Of a DNA stretch of 64,000 nt, positions 28,183-38,433 are shown piece after piece (within the stretch, counting starts at the first letter, position 1; the number at the start of each line of letters is the position of its first letter). The notes beneath the pieces are model-generated. The model made no database searches. It worked only from the letters and a program-made list of their open reading frames with translations, and had not been told where the DNA came from. The translations under genes were made by a program, and so were the position numbers. The stretch is from a virus (lineage: Duplodnaviria > Caudoviricetes): positions 224,001 to 288,000 of IMG/VR virus record IMGVR_UViG_3300014205_000170, one strand, 5' to 3'.

Positions 28183-31107
28183 TTATAATTGTTTAAAAGG
28201 TATCCTCACTGAATTACTATTTGTACATGTATATATTATATCTCCAGATAATGGAGTAAAATATCCGCGTCTAAATGAGCTTTTAGAATTAGGAAGCAAA
28301 ATACCTTTTATGGACACATCTGTCAATTGAATGTGACCATTATATGAAAAATCCACTGAAGAACAATCAACAGTAGCACCGGTAGAAGCAACGTTGCTTA
28401 ACACTCTTGGTACATACATCTGGTTATATTCAGTGACTGCATAATATTCTGGTATTCCACTTAATGCTCCTGAACCTAAGTTATTTGTTGCTTCGAATGT
28501 CATTGTCATTGGTGCTCCTGACAACATACCGTTTGGAGAAAAATAAGAGATATTTTCAAGAGATAAAATGTAATTAGAAATAGTAAAAGAAGAATTTGAT
28601 TTTTTATAAGATTCATTTGTTGGTAAAACAATGGAAGATTTATTTAAATCTTGATTAAGTCCTCTAATAAAATATTTTTCTCCTGGATTTACAGTAGTAC
28701 CAGAAATTGTAACCGGTATTTCTCCATTATTCAAAACAGACAACATCATAGTTTGTCTTGTGTTTTGAGATGTTTGATTCCATTTAAAAAATCCAATATT
28801 AGATTTGTTATTTGTACTATCTAATTTGAAATTGTTATATGAATTCGATAACTTAACATTGGATTGTGGATATATATCTCTTAAATTAACTTTAATATAG
28901 TTGAATTTATATGGTGGTCCTGGCAATCTACCAAATCCAAATGATAAAAATTGCGAACATGCTACAGATACTATACTATCTTCAAAAGTGGTTTCTATAA
29001 GACTGTCTTTAGTATTTGGAGCCGGTATGACATTACTACTAAGTGAATTATTAAATGGGTTATACCCCATAAAAATTAAATTATTAGTAAAAGCTTCTGT
29101 AACTTTGTCAAAAAATGCATTGTTTTGTCCTAAAGTATTTAATGTACAGGCACTATTAAATTTATCATAGTTTAAATAAAAATTCTTTAATTTAGTAGTT
29201 AAATAATATTTTTTACTTCCAGAAGGTCCAGAGTCTTTTTCTGATTCAAAAATTACATTAGAATAAGTGTATTGAGTGCTTACGCTAAATCCAACAGTCT
29301 GAGCCGGTTGTAAAGAAAAAGTTTCCTTTGTAGAAAAGAAAAATGAGTATCTTGCCTTTGAATAACTTTTGTTTGGTTTACTAAAGTTTTTGTTTGATGG
29401 TAATTCAATTACAATATCAGATAAAGGTTGAGCTGAAATAGTTATAGCAGTTAAAGGATTATTTTTTAAAATTAACTTATTATTATAAACGACAGTATCT
29501 CCTTTGTTGACAATAGTAAGGTGATACATTCCCACATTTGGAGAAAATCCTTCTGTAGCATCTAAATTCCATTTATATACATTTCCATATCCTTGGGTAG
29601 TTTGAACTGATTTTGGTGATTTGTTTGCCTTAACAGCTCCAATTTTTTTATTTTGATTATTCATCAAAATAAAAGAACTAAATTTAGTAATTAAACTATC
29701 TTGAATATTTATTCTTGAAACTGGACCTAAATTTGGTACTGCTCCGACATTGCTTAAAGCAATATTTTGTGTAGGAGATTTAAAAGCCAATTCAACTACT
29801 TTCTCTAAATCATAAACATCATTATCTAAAATAGTTACAAATGTAGAGCCTGAAATATCTCCCTCTTTAAATGTTAATGTTATTTCAGAAGATGTTGTTG
29901 TTGTTTTATTTAAAATATAATCTGTTCCTACTACCGCTGTACTATTAGATGTTGCATATAAAACAATAGATTGTCCTGGAACTTCTATTGCTTTATCAAA
30001 GAAATAAGAAATAAGAACTCCAGACTGATTGCTTTTTAAAATAACCGCATCAGAAGTAAATTGTATTTTAGAAGGCACATCGTTATCAAAAATATTAACT
30101 GTCAATTTTGAATCTGAATCACTTTTTGGTGCACAAAATTTTAAGTCAGTTAATTTAAAAGAAAGAGTTTCCGCACTTTCTACAAATTTATCATCAAAAA
30201 TATTTAAATTAACAGTTTTAACCTGCTCTCCAATATTCCATTTGATATTTTGAGCAGCATAACTAAAATCTGAATTTGGATTACGAATAGTATTATCTAC
30301 ATCTAATACAACAGAAACTTCTTCAAGTCCATATGCACTAGGTTCATCTAACGTTACATCTATTTTAACATTCCCGTCTGTTTCTTGGAGATTTAAAGTA
30401 GTTTGAGGAAAAGATACTGATAAAGGCGCTTTTAAATCAAAATATTTTTTTATCCAATGTCTATCGTATAAAAACGGAAAATCATTATCAATTTCTATAA
30501 CATTTCCATCATCATCAACATCTGCTGTTTGAGAACCAAATTTAACAATATTTCCATCTAAATCATAAAATAAATAAGGAACTCTTTGAACAAATAAAAT
30601 ATTACGTTCAGTATCTATTGTACTAAAATCAATATATCTAGTTTTTGGTACTCCATTATTTTGTCTAATTAAACTATCTGATTGTTCTAATTCAGATTTA
30701 TTAACTTCAAACATAAAAGAATAAGCAGATTTATTTTTACCATATAAATTTCTAGACATTCCATTTGATTTTTGTGTCATTTCAAATGTTTTAACAGCAA
30801 ATGTTTTTCCAGTTACATTATCATGTGATATTTTTGGTAAGTTTAATGTCAATCCTTCTGACTCTTTAATATCAAAAATAACATTTTCTGTATTGACAAA
30901 TTTAGATTCAACTAATCCAAAAATACAAAACTTTAAAGAGTCTTGACGCTCTTTATTATATTGTTCTGTAATATTGAATATATTATTAATTCGCTCATTT
31001 TTTATATCCTTTGAAGTTCTACTTAACTCAATAGATATAAATACATCTTCATCATTTGCTAGTGCAAATGAACTTTTAGGTAATAATATTTTTCTATTGT
31101 TATACAT
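28183..31107 (-). CDS. structural protein with two Calx-beta-like domains
   Basis: VSF...ETDGNVKIDV...KTVNLNIFDDKFVESAETLSFKL...VNIFDND and TILDNDVYDLEKVVELAF...INIQD. Confidence 0.7.
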   Translation of the reverse strand: MYNNRKILLPKSSFALANDEDVFISIELSRTSKDIKNERINNIFNITEQYNKERQDSLKFCIFGLVESKFVNTENVIFDIKESEGLTLNLPKISHDNVTGKTFAVKTFEMTQKSNGMSRNLYGKNKSAYSFMFEVNKSELEQSDSLIRQNNGVPKTRYIDFSTIDTERNILFVQRVPYLFYDLDGNIVKFGSQTADVDDDGNVIEIDNDFPFLYDRHWIKKYFDLKAPLSVSFPQTTLNLQETDGNVKIDVTLDEPSAYGLEEVSVVLDVDNTIRNPNSDFSYAAQNIKWNIGEQVKTVNLNIFDDKFVESAETLSFKLTDLKFCAPKSDSDSKLTVNIFDNDVPSKIQFTSDAVILKSNQSGVLISYFFDKAIEVPGQSIVLYATSNSTAVVGTDYILNKTTTTSSEITLTFKEGDISGSTFVTILDNDVYDLEKVVELAFKSPTQNIALSNVGAVPNLGPVSRINIQDSLITKFSSFILMNNQNKKIGAVKANKSPKSVQTTQGYGNVYKWNLDATEGFSPNVGMYHLTIVNKGDTVVYNNKLILKNNPLTAITISAQPLSDIVIELPSNKNFSKPNKSYSKARYSFFFSTKETFSLQPAQTVGFSVSTQYTYSNVIFESEKDSGPSGSKKYYLTTKLKNFYLNYDKFNSACTLNTLGQNNAFFDKVTEAFTNNLIFMGYNPFNNSLSSNVIPAPNTKDSLIETTFEDSIVSVACSQFLSFGFGRLPGPPYKFNYIKVNLRDIYPQSNVKLSNSYNNFKLDSTNNKSNIGFFKWNQTSQNTRQTMMLSVLNNGEIPVTISGTTVNPGEKYFIRGLNQDLNKSSIVLPTNESYKKSNSSFTISNYILSLENISYFSPNGMLSGAPMTMTFEATNNLGSGALSGIPEYYAVTEYNQMYVPRVLSNVASTGATVDCSSVDFSYNGHIQLTDVSIKGILLPNSKSSFRRGYFTPLSGDIIYTCTNSNSVRIPFKQL

Positions 31108-31109
31108 TG

Positions 31110-33971
31110 TTATTTATAATATCCATGATACTCTGATAAGTCATCACCATATTGTTCAAAGAACATATTGGTTACTTTATTATCTTTATCTCTATATGTT
31201 GTTCCGTTATAATCAAAATCTCTACTAATACCATCATGCACAACACCTTTGTCGCCGCCTTCGCCTTCTGTTCTTACCCAATATGTAGGAATGCCTGTAT
31301 CTGCTCCAACAGAAAAATAAAATTCATAATTACCACTTCCGTTATTAACCGGTGCATCTTTATAAGATACATTAAAAGTATAATTAGCAACTGTGTATCT
31401 ATTCAAGTCGGTATTGAATGCAGCATTACCTGGTAAAGTTAAAGCTACTCCCCACAACATTCCAGCGACATTACTACTAGAATGTTCTCCATCTCCATTT
31501 AAAAATATAAGTTTTCCAGGATGTAGTTCTATAATTTCATTTCTCTCTGCATATTTTACATTACTATCTTTATCATAATAATACATACCAGCTCCAAATC
31601 TATTTTTTAATTTTACGGGTATTTCACCATCATTTCTCAAACGAACACCATAAGCCAAAGGTGCTCTGTTGATTTTCAAACGTGCATATGTTGGAATAAC
31701 AAAATTATAAGGTTTAACGATATTTTCATTACCCGATTTCATAATTCTGTATATATCAAGTCCACCTCTTTTGATGAAATTTTGTGTACCTAATGCTAAA
31801 GATAAATTTTGATTATCAATATTATATATATCATTAAACCAATCTTTTGGTGTATACATATCTCCTACCATTCCTTTAGGAGTAATTCTAGGACTAGACA
31901 CAGAATTTTGCCCATTTTGAATATCTTGTGTAGGAATATCTGCACCCCAAGGAGCACGAACATATCTTGGCCATCCTTGTGGTTTCATAAAATAACCATA
32001 ACCACATTCAACTCGTTGATATTTTTCGCCGTTGTTAACTTTTGAATATCCTGCAAAAGGTCTTGTTAAAGTAGGCTCAGTCCAATAAGGTTCAAATCCA
32101 TTTGCATAAGTTTCATTCCACGCAACACCAGATTCATATTTATACATAAAGTTTTTAGAAGCAACTAATGATATACGATTCCCAAAAAAAATACCAGGAC
32201 CATCTCCGGCTGGGTCCGGAACATATTGTATTCCAAATCCACCGGCTACCCCATCAACTTCCATACCCAACAAATCTCCATCTTCATAAGCTGGCTCTTC
32301 CATGTAATATCTATCAGTAGAATATTTAATTCTTTCTGACCCTGACACAAATCTTTGTATAATAGGTTTAGAAGGCACAGAATATGGAACTGGATAATTT
32401 AAAGACCAAGGTTTTTCATAAGGGAATTGACCTAATTCTGCTGGAGCAGGATAACTTGGATGTTCAACATCATTGCCGGCAACATAATTTAAATCAAAAT
32501 GACTTACAAGATAAAATGCATTATTCATCCAATATGAATAACTTCCAGTTGTTCTTGTTGCTAATGATTCATCAATAAATTCTTTAAATTGATAAGAACT
32601 TAACCAAAGACCTTTATTTAATGTTTTAAAACCATTATCATCTGTTTTATAACCATTGGGGTCATATAAATTCGCAGGTAACTTTAATACATAACATCCA
32701 AATTCTGTGTATTCAACTTGTCTTCTGTTTTCAGCAAATTCATTGTACCAAACATATTGAGAACCATCATCTCTATCTAAATCGTTATCTATTCTAGATA
32801 CTGTTAATGTTCTAATGGGAAAATTTTGAGCGGTCATATCTCTGACTTGAATCTTTAATTTTCTATTAGCATTTTTAGCAACTGTAACTTCTAATTTTTC
32901 ATTTGGCGCAAAAGCTACTGGTGGAAATATATAAGTGGCCCATTTTCTTAAATCTAATGGTGCAGAAATATTCAATTGAGTATATCCACTTTGAAAATCT
33001 CCCCAAGATGGAACTACATTAATAGCAAATTGTTGAAAATATAAATGGGGTATTGTTGATACGTTTGGACTTTCAGTAGTAGGATAAGGAAAGAAATTCA
33101 ATGCAATTTCATCTTTAGTCATACCTTGTTTTAACAAATCAACTTCCATCATAAAAGTTTGTGTACCAGTTGGAACATCATAAATGATGAATTCTCCTTT
33201 TTCATTTGTTAAGGCTGAATATCTGTATTTGTCCGGAACATTTTTTAATTGCTCGGTTGAAGTTAAAAAGTTTTGAGCAAACTTATAAGTTTCTTCATTA
33301 AAGTATTGTCCTTTAGAAGAATTTTCTTTTAAATTTAAAGTTATTCTATTTCCAGAATCATCAACAGATGCTATATCAGGAAATTCATCCGTAGCTTTAA
33401 AAATTGCTACTGGAACATTAGATAATGGAATTCTAATTTTATTACCATTCTCATCATTTATTTTTTGTATTGCTTCTAATTTTCCAAAAACAACGCCTGT
33501 TGGAGATTCTTTAAATACAGTTTCTCCCTCAACACTATTTATAACACTTAGAGTGTTTAATGAATTATATGTCTTAATGAGAGTAACACTAGCATACATG
33601 TCATCAACAGAAACATTTTGAAATTCAGTCCAAAAAGTATATTGATTTCCAAAAGTAGTTTGATTTATACTAATAAATTTCTGTCTACTTGAACCTCTTT
33701 GATTTTCGTCCAATTCATAATTTAACGTTTGAACCGAAGTTTTACCGGTAATGAATTTTACAGAAGGATTGTGTTTAAAATTATTATTAGGGAGCCTAGT
33801 ATTATTAACATCAAATTGATTATCTACTATTTTGAAAGGTTTTCCTAATGCATCAAATATAAGATACCCTAAAGGCAAATCTTTGAAATCAGGGTGGTCA
33901 ATCCCAAAGAAGTTCGTTACTCTTGTACCTTTGGTAAAATTTTTTATCTCTATAACTTCACTCTGAATCAT
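31110..33971 (-). CDS. large structural protein with carboxypeptidase-regulatory-like domain
   Basis: GVVFG...IPLSNVPVAIF...LTNEKGEFIIYDVPTGTQTFMMEVDL. Confidence 0.65.
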   Translation of the reverse strand: MIQSEVIEIKNFTKGTRVTNFFGIDHPDFKDLPLGYLIFDALGKPFKIVDNQFDVNNTRLPNNNFKHNPSVKFITGKTSVQTLNYELDENQRGSSRQKFISINQTTFGNQYTFWTEFQNVSVDDMYASVTLIKTYNSLNTLSVINSVEGETVFKESPTGVVFGKLEAIQKINDENGNKIRIPLSNVPVAIFKATDEFPDIASVDDSGNRITLNLKENSSKGQYFNEETYKFAQNFLTSTEQLKNVPDKYRYSALTNEKGEFIIYDVPTGTQTFMMEVDLLKQGMTKDEIALNFFPYPTTESPNVSTIPHLYFQQFAINVVPSWGDFQSGYTQLNISAPLDLRKWATYIFPPVAFAPNEKLEVTVAKNANRKLKIQVRDMTAQNFPIRTLTVSRIDNDLDRDDGSQYVWYNEFAENRRQVEYTEFGCYVLKLPANLYDPNGYKTDDNGFKTLNKGLWLSSYQFKEFIDESLATRTTGSYSYWMNNAFYLVSHFDLNYVAGNDVEHPSYPAPAELGQFPYEKPWSLNYPVPYSVPSKPIIQRFVSGSERIKYSTDRYYMEEPAYEDGDLLGMEVDGVAGGFGIQYVPDPAGDGPGIFFGNRISLVASKNFMYKYESGVAWNETYANGFEPYWTEPTLTRPFAGYSKVNNGEKYQRVECGYGYFMKPQGWPRYVRAPWGADIPTQDIQNGQNSVSSPRITPKGMVGDMYTPKDWFNDIYNIDNQNLSLALGTQNFIKRGGLDIYRIMKSGNENIVKPYNFVIPTYARLKINRAPLAYGVRLRNDGEIPVKLKNRFGAGMYYYDKDSNVKYAERNEIIELHPGKLIFLNGDGEHSSSNVAGMLWGVALTLPGNAAFNTDLNRYTVANYTFNVSYKDAPVNNGSGNYEFYFSVGADTGIPTYWVRTEGEGGDKGVVHDGISRDFDYNGTTYRDKDNKVTNMFFEQYGDDLSEYHGYYK

Positions 33972-34016
33972 TGATGGTTAAATTAATTAAAAACACAAAA
34001 AAGTCAACTATAACCC

Positions 34017-35441
34017 TTATATTGTAATAGGATTTATAACTTTAAATCTAAGAGTATCAGATATTAATCTTTTTGTGCCAAATTCTGATATTCTAAATTC
34101 AATTTTATATGTTTGTAAGTCTAATAACCATGACGTGTCCAAGTCAAAAAAACAAGATAAACAATCATCAACAATAGCATTATTCATTGCAGTCCAAGGA
34201 ACTAATTCATCTAATCCCATGGAAATTCTATATTCTAAACCAAAATCAGTAAATGGTTTTTGGTTTGAAAAAGACATCCTAACATCCGCATAAACACGAT
34301 ATATTTCTCCAGACACCAATGGTGCATTATTTGGCACACCATAAATATCAACAGCATAATCATTAACGCGTTTCGAATTATTATTATAATAGTTATCTCT
34401 AATGTCAAAGTAATTTGTAAAATCCGTACTATCTCTTCCTGGAACAAACGTTACACCTTCCCAAATATCTTTATATTTTTGTCCTTTAGTTGCAGCCGAC
34501 ATATTAATGTCAACATAATATACACCTTTAGAATGATGAGTAGGAGTTAAACCACTATATACCATAGTATTTGAACTATTTCTTATAGTAACAGTTCCTG
34601 CTGAATAATAATTTGTAGCTTGATTACCACTAAACAAATAAAGGAATAATCTTGAAATTCTATTGTTGGTTACCCAATGTCTATCATCGCGTATTACTTG
34701 ATTATAAGTTACTTCGATATATGGTTTAAAAGCATAGTTTGTTTTGTGTGAATAAAAAGAAGAAATATACCTAGTATCTCCAGAAATCAACTCAAAAGGT
34801 CTTGTATATGCAATACCAATACCATAGTTTGTTGAGCCTCCACTTAACCATCCGTTTACCATACTAGAAATATCTACTGATATGTCCTCAGAACCTATTG
34901 GGAAATTTTGTGTTACATAATTAGTTGTTTGTGCAGAAGGGTTAGTGAAAACACCTGGATTATCCCAACCTACAAATGTAGTGGCACTTAACCAATTGGA
35001 ATAGCCACTTAAAATACTTGATGTATTTTTAAATGTAATTGCTTTTTGGTCATCCAACGAACCTCCTCTTCCTTCATTCCAATCCTTGTTTATAGGAAAA
35101 AAAATAAGGTCAAAACCAGCGGCAATATTTTTATTCAAAACATCATATACAAATTCCGGTTCTAACATCTTATCAGACGGAATTGCATTCTTGTATTTCA
35201 AAACATAAGATACAGTATAAGCACTATTGATGGTCAAATCCGAATATTTTACTTGTAAATCAGCTAAATCAAAATAAGCTAAATGTCTAGAAATTGAATT
35301 ACGTTTAGCTAAAGCAGTATCTGTTCCACCTCCACCATATACAAGAGAAAATACGTTCTCCTGAGAAGCATTTAAGTTCTCATATATAAGTCCACTTTGA
35401 ATTGTATTCTCCTTGTTAGGATATATTCGATATTTACCCAT
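34017..35441 (-). CDS. structural protein with DNRLRE/CBM96-like beta-sandwich
   Basis: Start moved to MGKYRIYP; SRHLAYFDL, DWNEGRG, VDISSMVNGWL, FYSHKT...PYIEVTY. Confidence 0.6.
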   Translation of the reverse strand: MGKYRIYPNKENTIQSGLIYENLNASQENVFSLVYGGGGTDTALAKRNSISRHLAYFDLADLQVKYSDLTINSAYTVSYVLKYKNAIPSDKMLEPEFVYDVLNKNIAAGFDLIFFPINKDWNEGRGGSLDDQKAITFKNTSSILSGYSNWLSATTFVGWDNPGVFTNPSAQTTNYVTQNFPIGSEDISVDISSMVNGWLSGGSTNYGIGIAYTRPFELISGDTRYISSFYSHKTNYAFKPYIEVTYNQVIRDDRHWVTNNRISRLFLYLFSGNQATNYYSAGTVTIRNSSNTMVYSGLTPTHHSKGVYYVDINMSAATKGQKYKDIWEGVTFVPGRDSTDFTNYFDIRDNYYNNNSKRVNDYAVDIYGVPNNAPLVSGEIYRVYADVRMSFSNQKPFTDFGLEYRISMGLDELVPWTAMNNAIVDDCLSCFFDLDTSWLLDLQTYKIEFRISEFGTKRLISDTLRFKVINPITI

Positions 35442-35528
35442 ATTATAATGAAGTTTTTCATAAATATATAAGATAATATATTTTAGCTTAATATTATTAG
35501 GTAGAAACACTGACTTTTTTTCCATTCC

Positions 35529-35535
35529 TATTTAT
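35529..35535 (+). promoter_or_regulatory. putative phage late promoter core TATTTAT (representative copy)
   Basis: Same heptamer lies 7-22 nt upstream of at least seven late-module operon starts (see findings). Confidence 0.55.
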
Positions 35536-35551
35536 CTTTAATTCAATTAAA

Positions 35552-35965
35552 ATGGCTCGAAAATCAATAAATATTAGATTTCCATTTGAGGAAACTCAAG
35601 ATGGTGGAGTATTTCAAACAAATACCACCACAGAAAGAGCTTTACGAGACGATTTAGTATCATTATTAACCACAAAGAGAAGACAAAGAGTAATGAGAAA
35701 TAACCTATTTTCTCCCATTTTTGACTACTTAGATGAACCTCTAGATACAATAATGCAGCAACGTTTGGAAACAGACATCAAGACTAAGGTAGGTGAATTT
35801 ATACCGCAAATTGAAATACAAAGAATACAATATACTCCTAAACCGGAAGAGAATTTGTTGGGTATAAAAATCATATTTAGCATTTCAGAATTATTTGACA
35901 CTGTACAAACAGTGGAACTTAACATTCCAACAAACGATAACCCAAATTTAGATACAACAACTTAA
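35552..35965 (+). CDS. baseplate wedge subunit, gp25/GPW-like
   Basis: LVSLLTTKRRQRVMRNNLFSPIFDYLDEP...FIPQIEI pattern; directly upstream of gp6-like gene. Confidence 0.85.
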   Translation: MARKSINIRFPFEETQDGGVFQTNTTTERALRDDLVSLLTTKRRQRVMRNNLFSPIFDYLDEPLDTIMQQRLETDIKTKVGEFIPQIEIQRIQYTPKPEENLLGIKIIFSISELFDTVQTVELNIPTNDNPNLDTTT

Positions 35966-35971
35966 TAAATA

Positions 35972-37846
35972 ATGGCAACGAGTAGTAATAGAAATACCAT
36001 AGCAAAAAATCAAACTTATCTAAATAGAGATTTTAATAGCATTAGAGAGGATTTGATGAACATATTAAAGGTTTATTATCCTGAACAATGGCAAGATTTC
36101 AATTCTGTAAGCATTGGAATGTCATTGGTTGATTTAATGGCTTATGTCTCAGATTTACTTTCATATCATACAGATAAGAGATTTAATGAGATGTTTCTTG
36201 AAACAGCTCAGGAAAAAACATCTTTATACCGTCTTGCAAAAAATTTAGGTTATAAAGCTCCAGGTTTTAGACCAGCAATAACAATAGCAGATTTTTCAAT
36301 AGAAGTTCCTCCAACAGCAAATGGTCCTGACGAAACTTATTTACCTTTATTCAGACCAGGAGTTCAAATTAAAGGAGCAGCACAAATTTTCGAGACAACA
36401 AATGAGATTGATTTTTCTAGTGACTTTTCTGAAAATGGAATAGCAAATAGAAAAATAGAACCTATTTTTAACTCTAATCAAGATATTTTAAGATACAGAA
36501 TTACAAAAAGAGAAATTGCCAAAGCTGGACAAACAAAAACATTTTCTTTAACAATTGATGTTGCTGATTCTCAAACACCATTCTTTGAAGTGTTTTTACC
36601 AGATACAAATGTTTTAGAAATACTTAGTGTTATAGCAAAACCAGGAACTGATTTTGCAACTGAACCAACATACGATGAATTTAATGATATTGATTTAAAA
36701 TATTGGGAAGTAGATGATTTACCAGAAGATAGAGTATTTGTAGAAGACACTTCTATAGCTGCGGTTAATGGTATTAGTTCCGGTGAGTATATAAATGTAA
36801 CACAAAGATTCACAAAAGAATTTATGGCAGATGGAACTTGTAAGTTAACTTTTGGCGGAGGTACAGCTTTCAATGATTCATATGAAAGATATTTAGAAAG
36901 TATTCCTATTGGTCAAACAGGTCAAATCCAAATTAGAGATATGTTAGACAATGGCTCTTTAGGAGTTATGTTACCAGCAACCTCAACTTTATATGTAAAA
37001 TATAGAATTGGTGGCGGAAATTTATCTAATGTTGGGTCTAATGTATTACAACAAATTTCCAATATTAACTCCGTAATAATGGGGTCTAGTGCTCAATTAA
37101 ATCAACAAGTTATTGGCTCTACTACTGCTACTAACGTTGTACCGGCAATTGGTGGAGCTGACCTGCCAACAGCTGATGAATTAAGATATAATATTTCTGG
37201 AAATTTTGCTGCACAAAGAAGATGTGTAACATTACAAGATTATATTACTAGAGCATATCAATTACCAGGAAAATTTGGTGCACCATTTAAAATACATGGT
37301 GATACACAAGATAATAAAATAATACTTTATATTCTTTCTAAAGATGCTAATGGAAAATTATTAACAAACTCTTTAAGTACTGTAAAGAGTAATTTGGTTA
37401 CTTATATAGAACCTTATAGAATGTTAAATGATTTCGTGGAAATAAATGATGGAAAAGTTATTAATCTTTCTGTTGAAATCGATTTATTTACTGATAAAGT
37501 ATTTAATGGAAACGAAATAAAATTAAATGCTATTAATGCTGTTAAAGATTTCTTTGATATAAACAAATGGAATATGAATCAAAACATTTATGTTTCACAA
37601 GTTGTTGATGTATTAAGAGAAATACCTGGAGTTGTTAACGTTGTAGATGTAAGATTTTACAACATGGATGGTGGAGCTTATTCAAACACCTTAATTGCTC
37701 AAGCCAATGGTCAAAGAACATTAGTTCAAGCACCTGGTACTTTTAGAACAGTTATCAATTATTTGGACAATTGTATATATTCAACTGCTATTTCAATGTT
37801 TGAAATTCGTTATCCAGAGCGTGATATCCGAGTAAGAATCGGTTAA
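35972..37846 (+). CDS. baseplate wedge subunit, gp6/baseplate-J-like
   Basis: YLNRDFNSIR, AYVSDLLSYHTD, LAKNLGYK, YRIGGG, AQRRCVTLQDY. Confidence 0.9.
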   Translation: MATSSNRNTIAKNQTYLNRDFNSIREDLMNILKVYYPEQWQDFNSVSIGMSLVDLMAYVSDLLSYHTDKRFNEMFLETAQEKTSLYRLAKNLGYKAPGFRPAITIADFSIEVPPTANGPDETYLPLFRPGVQIKGAAQIFETTNEIDFSSDFSENGIANRKIEPIFNSNQDILRYRITKREIAKAGQTKTFSLTIDVADSQTPFFEVFLPDTNVLEILSVIAKPGTDFATEPTYDEFNDIDLKYWEVDDLPEDRVFVEDTSIAAVNGISSGEYINVTQRFTKEFMADGTCKLTFGGGTAFNDSYERYLESIPIGQTGQIQIRDMLDNGSLGVMLPATSTLYVKYRIGGGNLSNVGSNVLQQISNINSVIMGSSAQLNQQVIGSTTATNVVPAIGGADLPTADELRYNISGNFAAQRRCVTLQDYITRAYQLPGKFGAPFKIHGDTQDNKIILYILSKDANGKLLTNSLSTVKSNLVTYIEPYRMLNDFVEINDGKVINLSVEIDLFTDKVFNGNEIKLNAINAVKDFFDINKWNMNQNIYVSQVVDVLREIPGVVNVVDVRFYNMDGGAYSNTLIAQANGQRTLVQAPGTFRTVINYLDNCIYSTAISMFEIRYPERDIRVRIG

Positions 37847-37866
37847 TTAATTTATACTTTTTAAAT

Positions 37867-38433
37867 ATGCCAATATTCGTTACAATACCTAAAATACTTC
37901 AATATTTACAAACACGTCTTGTTTTAATAGAAAAAATAATTAAATCAAAGCCAAAAACAGTAGCAATTCCACGACTAATAGAAGAACCAAGACCAAATAG
38001 ATTTAGACCAGTTCCTATTGAACAAGAACCAAAAAGAAATAATAGATTTATTGTAATATTACCGCCTGAGTTTGGAATAGAATCATATTTTATTCAAAAA
38101 ATCAATAGACCCAAAATATCTTTTACACAAAATAAATATGAATGGGCAAATATAGAATTGGAATTATTCGATGTAATTGGTCCATCTACAACAAAAGCAA
38201 TATATAAAATAATTGATTTTTGTCAAGAACATAAAAATTTAAATGTAAAAGAAAATTTTTTATTTAGTTTATCAATTCAATCTTTAGACCCTGTAGGATG
38301 TGTTGTAGAGGAGTGGGTTATCGATATAAAAGAGATATTAAATATAGATTTTGGAGATTGTGATTACAGCAATGATGATGTTCAAAAAATAAAAATTTTG
38401 ATTAAACCCTATAATTGCGAATTAGTTAATTAA
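37867..38433 (+). CDS. tail tube (gp19-like) paralogue with N-terminal extension
   Basis: EPKRNNRF, INRPK, YEW, LDPVGCVVEEW, DFGDCDYS; extension contains TRLVLIEK. Confidence 0.75.
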   Translation: MPIFVTIPKILQYLQTRLVLIEKIIKSKPKTVAIPRLIEEPRPNRFRPVPIEQEPKRNNRFIVILPPEFGIESYFIQKINRPKISFTQNKYEWANIELELFDVIGPSTTKAIYKIIDFCQEHKNLNVKENFLFSLSIQSLDPVGCVVEEWVIDIKEILNIDFGDCDYSNDDVQKIKILIKPYNCELVN

